From Vampirovibrionaceae bacterium NZW_1234 (GTDB lineage: Bacteria > Cyanobacteriota > Vampirovibrionia > Vampirovibrionales > JAGQHJ01): a stretch of 64,000 nt of DNA. How positions within the stretch are numbered: the stretch's first letter is position 1; the number at the start of each line of letters is the position of its first letter. The notes below the pieces were generated by a model. It had not been told where the DNA came from. It made no database searches and saw only the letters and a program-made list of their open reading frames with translations. The translations under genes and the position numbers were made by a program. The stretch spans positions 180,399 to 244,398 of the forward strand of contig JBGUGD010000002.1 of NCBI GenBank assembly GCA_041697335.1. The letters are read 5' to 3'. Shown here piece after piece: positions 63,091-64,000 of the stretch.

Positions 63091-63864
63091 TTAGTAAATC
63101 GGTGGTGCAATTACACTAGAAAGAGCGACTATTTTGTTGAGGTTGTATTTGGCACAAATGTCTTTAACCAGCTCTAAAAAATTTCCAGCTTGTGGCAAGG
63201 GAGAGTAAACAAATACACCATTAATTAAATCGTTTAAATTTGTTTGAATAAAATACCCAAGCTTAGGCTCTATAGCGTGATCCAAATTCTCCCAGCGAGT
63301 ATACACTACGCGTAATTCGCTCTCAAAATCATAACAGTGTCTCTTATGCAGAAAAGCATTGAATACATTATCGACAGCGTTAATATCATCCGATAATGGC
63401 CCAATAATGTCTTCGGAGTAATCCGTATACTTGATTTCACTTATGTATAAAGCATCTGGGGTAGAAGACAGAGATTGCTTTAGATTTCCAACTGTAGATT
63501 GGATAACTATTCCACTACTATTGCCAGCATAAATTTGCCAGAGAGCCATAGATTCATGTTCTTGCATTGTCCAGCAGTTAGCGTAAATCGTTGCTTTCAT
63601 TCGATTTCTAAATGCGGCATTATTTGCCATTGCAGTATTTACCTGCTCATGATTGCCCTCACAGAAATTGCTAAGTTGATGGTGATCCAGCAGTTGGTTA
63701 AGCATTGTATAGGATCCCTCATGCGGATCTCCCAAGAGATCACTTCTTGAGAAATGGAGAGACTGCTTTATTAACAATGAAATAAATTTTTCCAAACTCA
63801 TATATCTTCTAATCACTTGATGATCAGGTGGTGTAATAAAACAAGGGTGCTCTTCAAAGGGCAT
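63091..63864 (-). CDS. DUF2971-like protein
   Basis: RYMSLEKF, DPHEG, ANCW..ESMALWQIY, HKR..YDFESELR; AGGAG RBS. Confidence 0.8.
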   Translation of the reverse strand: MPFEEHPCFITPPDHQVIRRYMSLEKFISLLIKQSLHFSRSDLLGDPHEGSYTMLNQLLDHHQLSNFCEGNHEQVNTAMANNAAFRNRMKATIYANCWTMQEHESMALWQIYAGNSSGIVIQSTVGNLKQSLSSTPDALYISEIKYTDYSEDIIGPLSDDINAVDNVFNAFLHKRHCYDFESELRVVYTRWENLDHAIEPKLGYFIQTNLNDLINGVFVYSPLPQAGNFLELVKDICAKYNLNKIVALSSVIAPPIY

Positions 63865-64000
63865 AAACTGCCTAAACTCCTTAAATTAACGTATTTCGCT
63901 TTTTTTAAGACTTTATTTGAGATGGCTGTACTTGTACCCTTAGGTTTCGATATCGGCCATGATAGCAGGCATCTTCTAAAGTTTTAAGGGATAATTTTCC

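Overview
Bacterial chromosomal window, about 50% GC. Gene content and protein style (cyanobacteria-like ahcY, gltX, purB, transaldolase and DUF3352, no photosynthesis genes here) suggest a non-photosynthetic cyanobacterial relative such as Vampirovibrionia/Melainabacteria; this is inference. Housekeeping genes (guaB, gltX, ahcY, ppdK, ppk1-ppx, purB, fsa/tal, xseAB, kynA, tRNA-Gly) alternate with many lineage-specific ORFs. Main signals: (1) about 11 unrelated proteins share a basic, Ser-rich N-terminal leader ending in [ILVP]-R-F-[GSAC], or a looser F-S-G. Cargo includes a lipid kinase, a sigma factor, a nuclease-toxin-like HEAT protein, a deamidase-like protein and an acyl-CoA dehydrogenase/acyltransferase fusion, consistent with an uncharacterised export or targeting signal. 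(2) A recurring fixed-geometry DNA module (hexamer-N5-hexamer-N22-YTGTTTTTAT) precedes small low-complexity genes and structured non-coding regions, including a 6S-like hairpin and a ~650-nt candidate RNA. (3) Eukaryote-like proteins: an MTP18/MTFP1 homolog and a eukaryote-type IMPDH. (4) An unannotated secreted 40-aa Cys-rich peptide. No CRISPR array, rRNA or transposase was seen.
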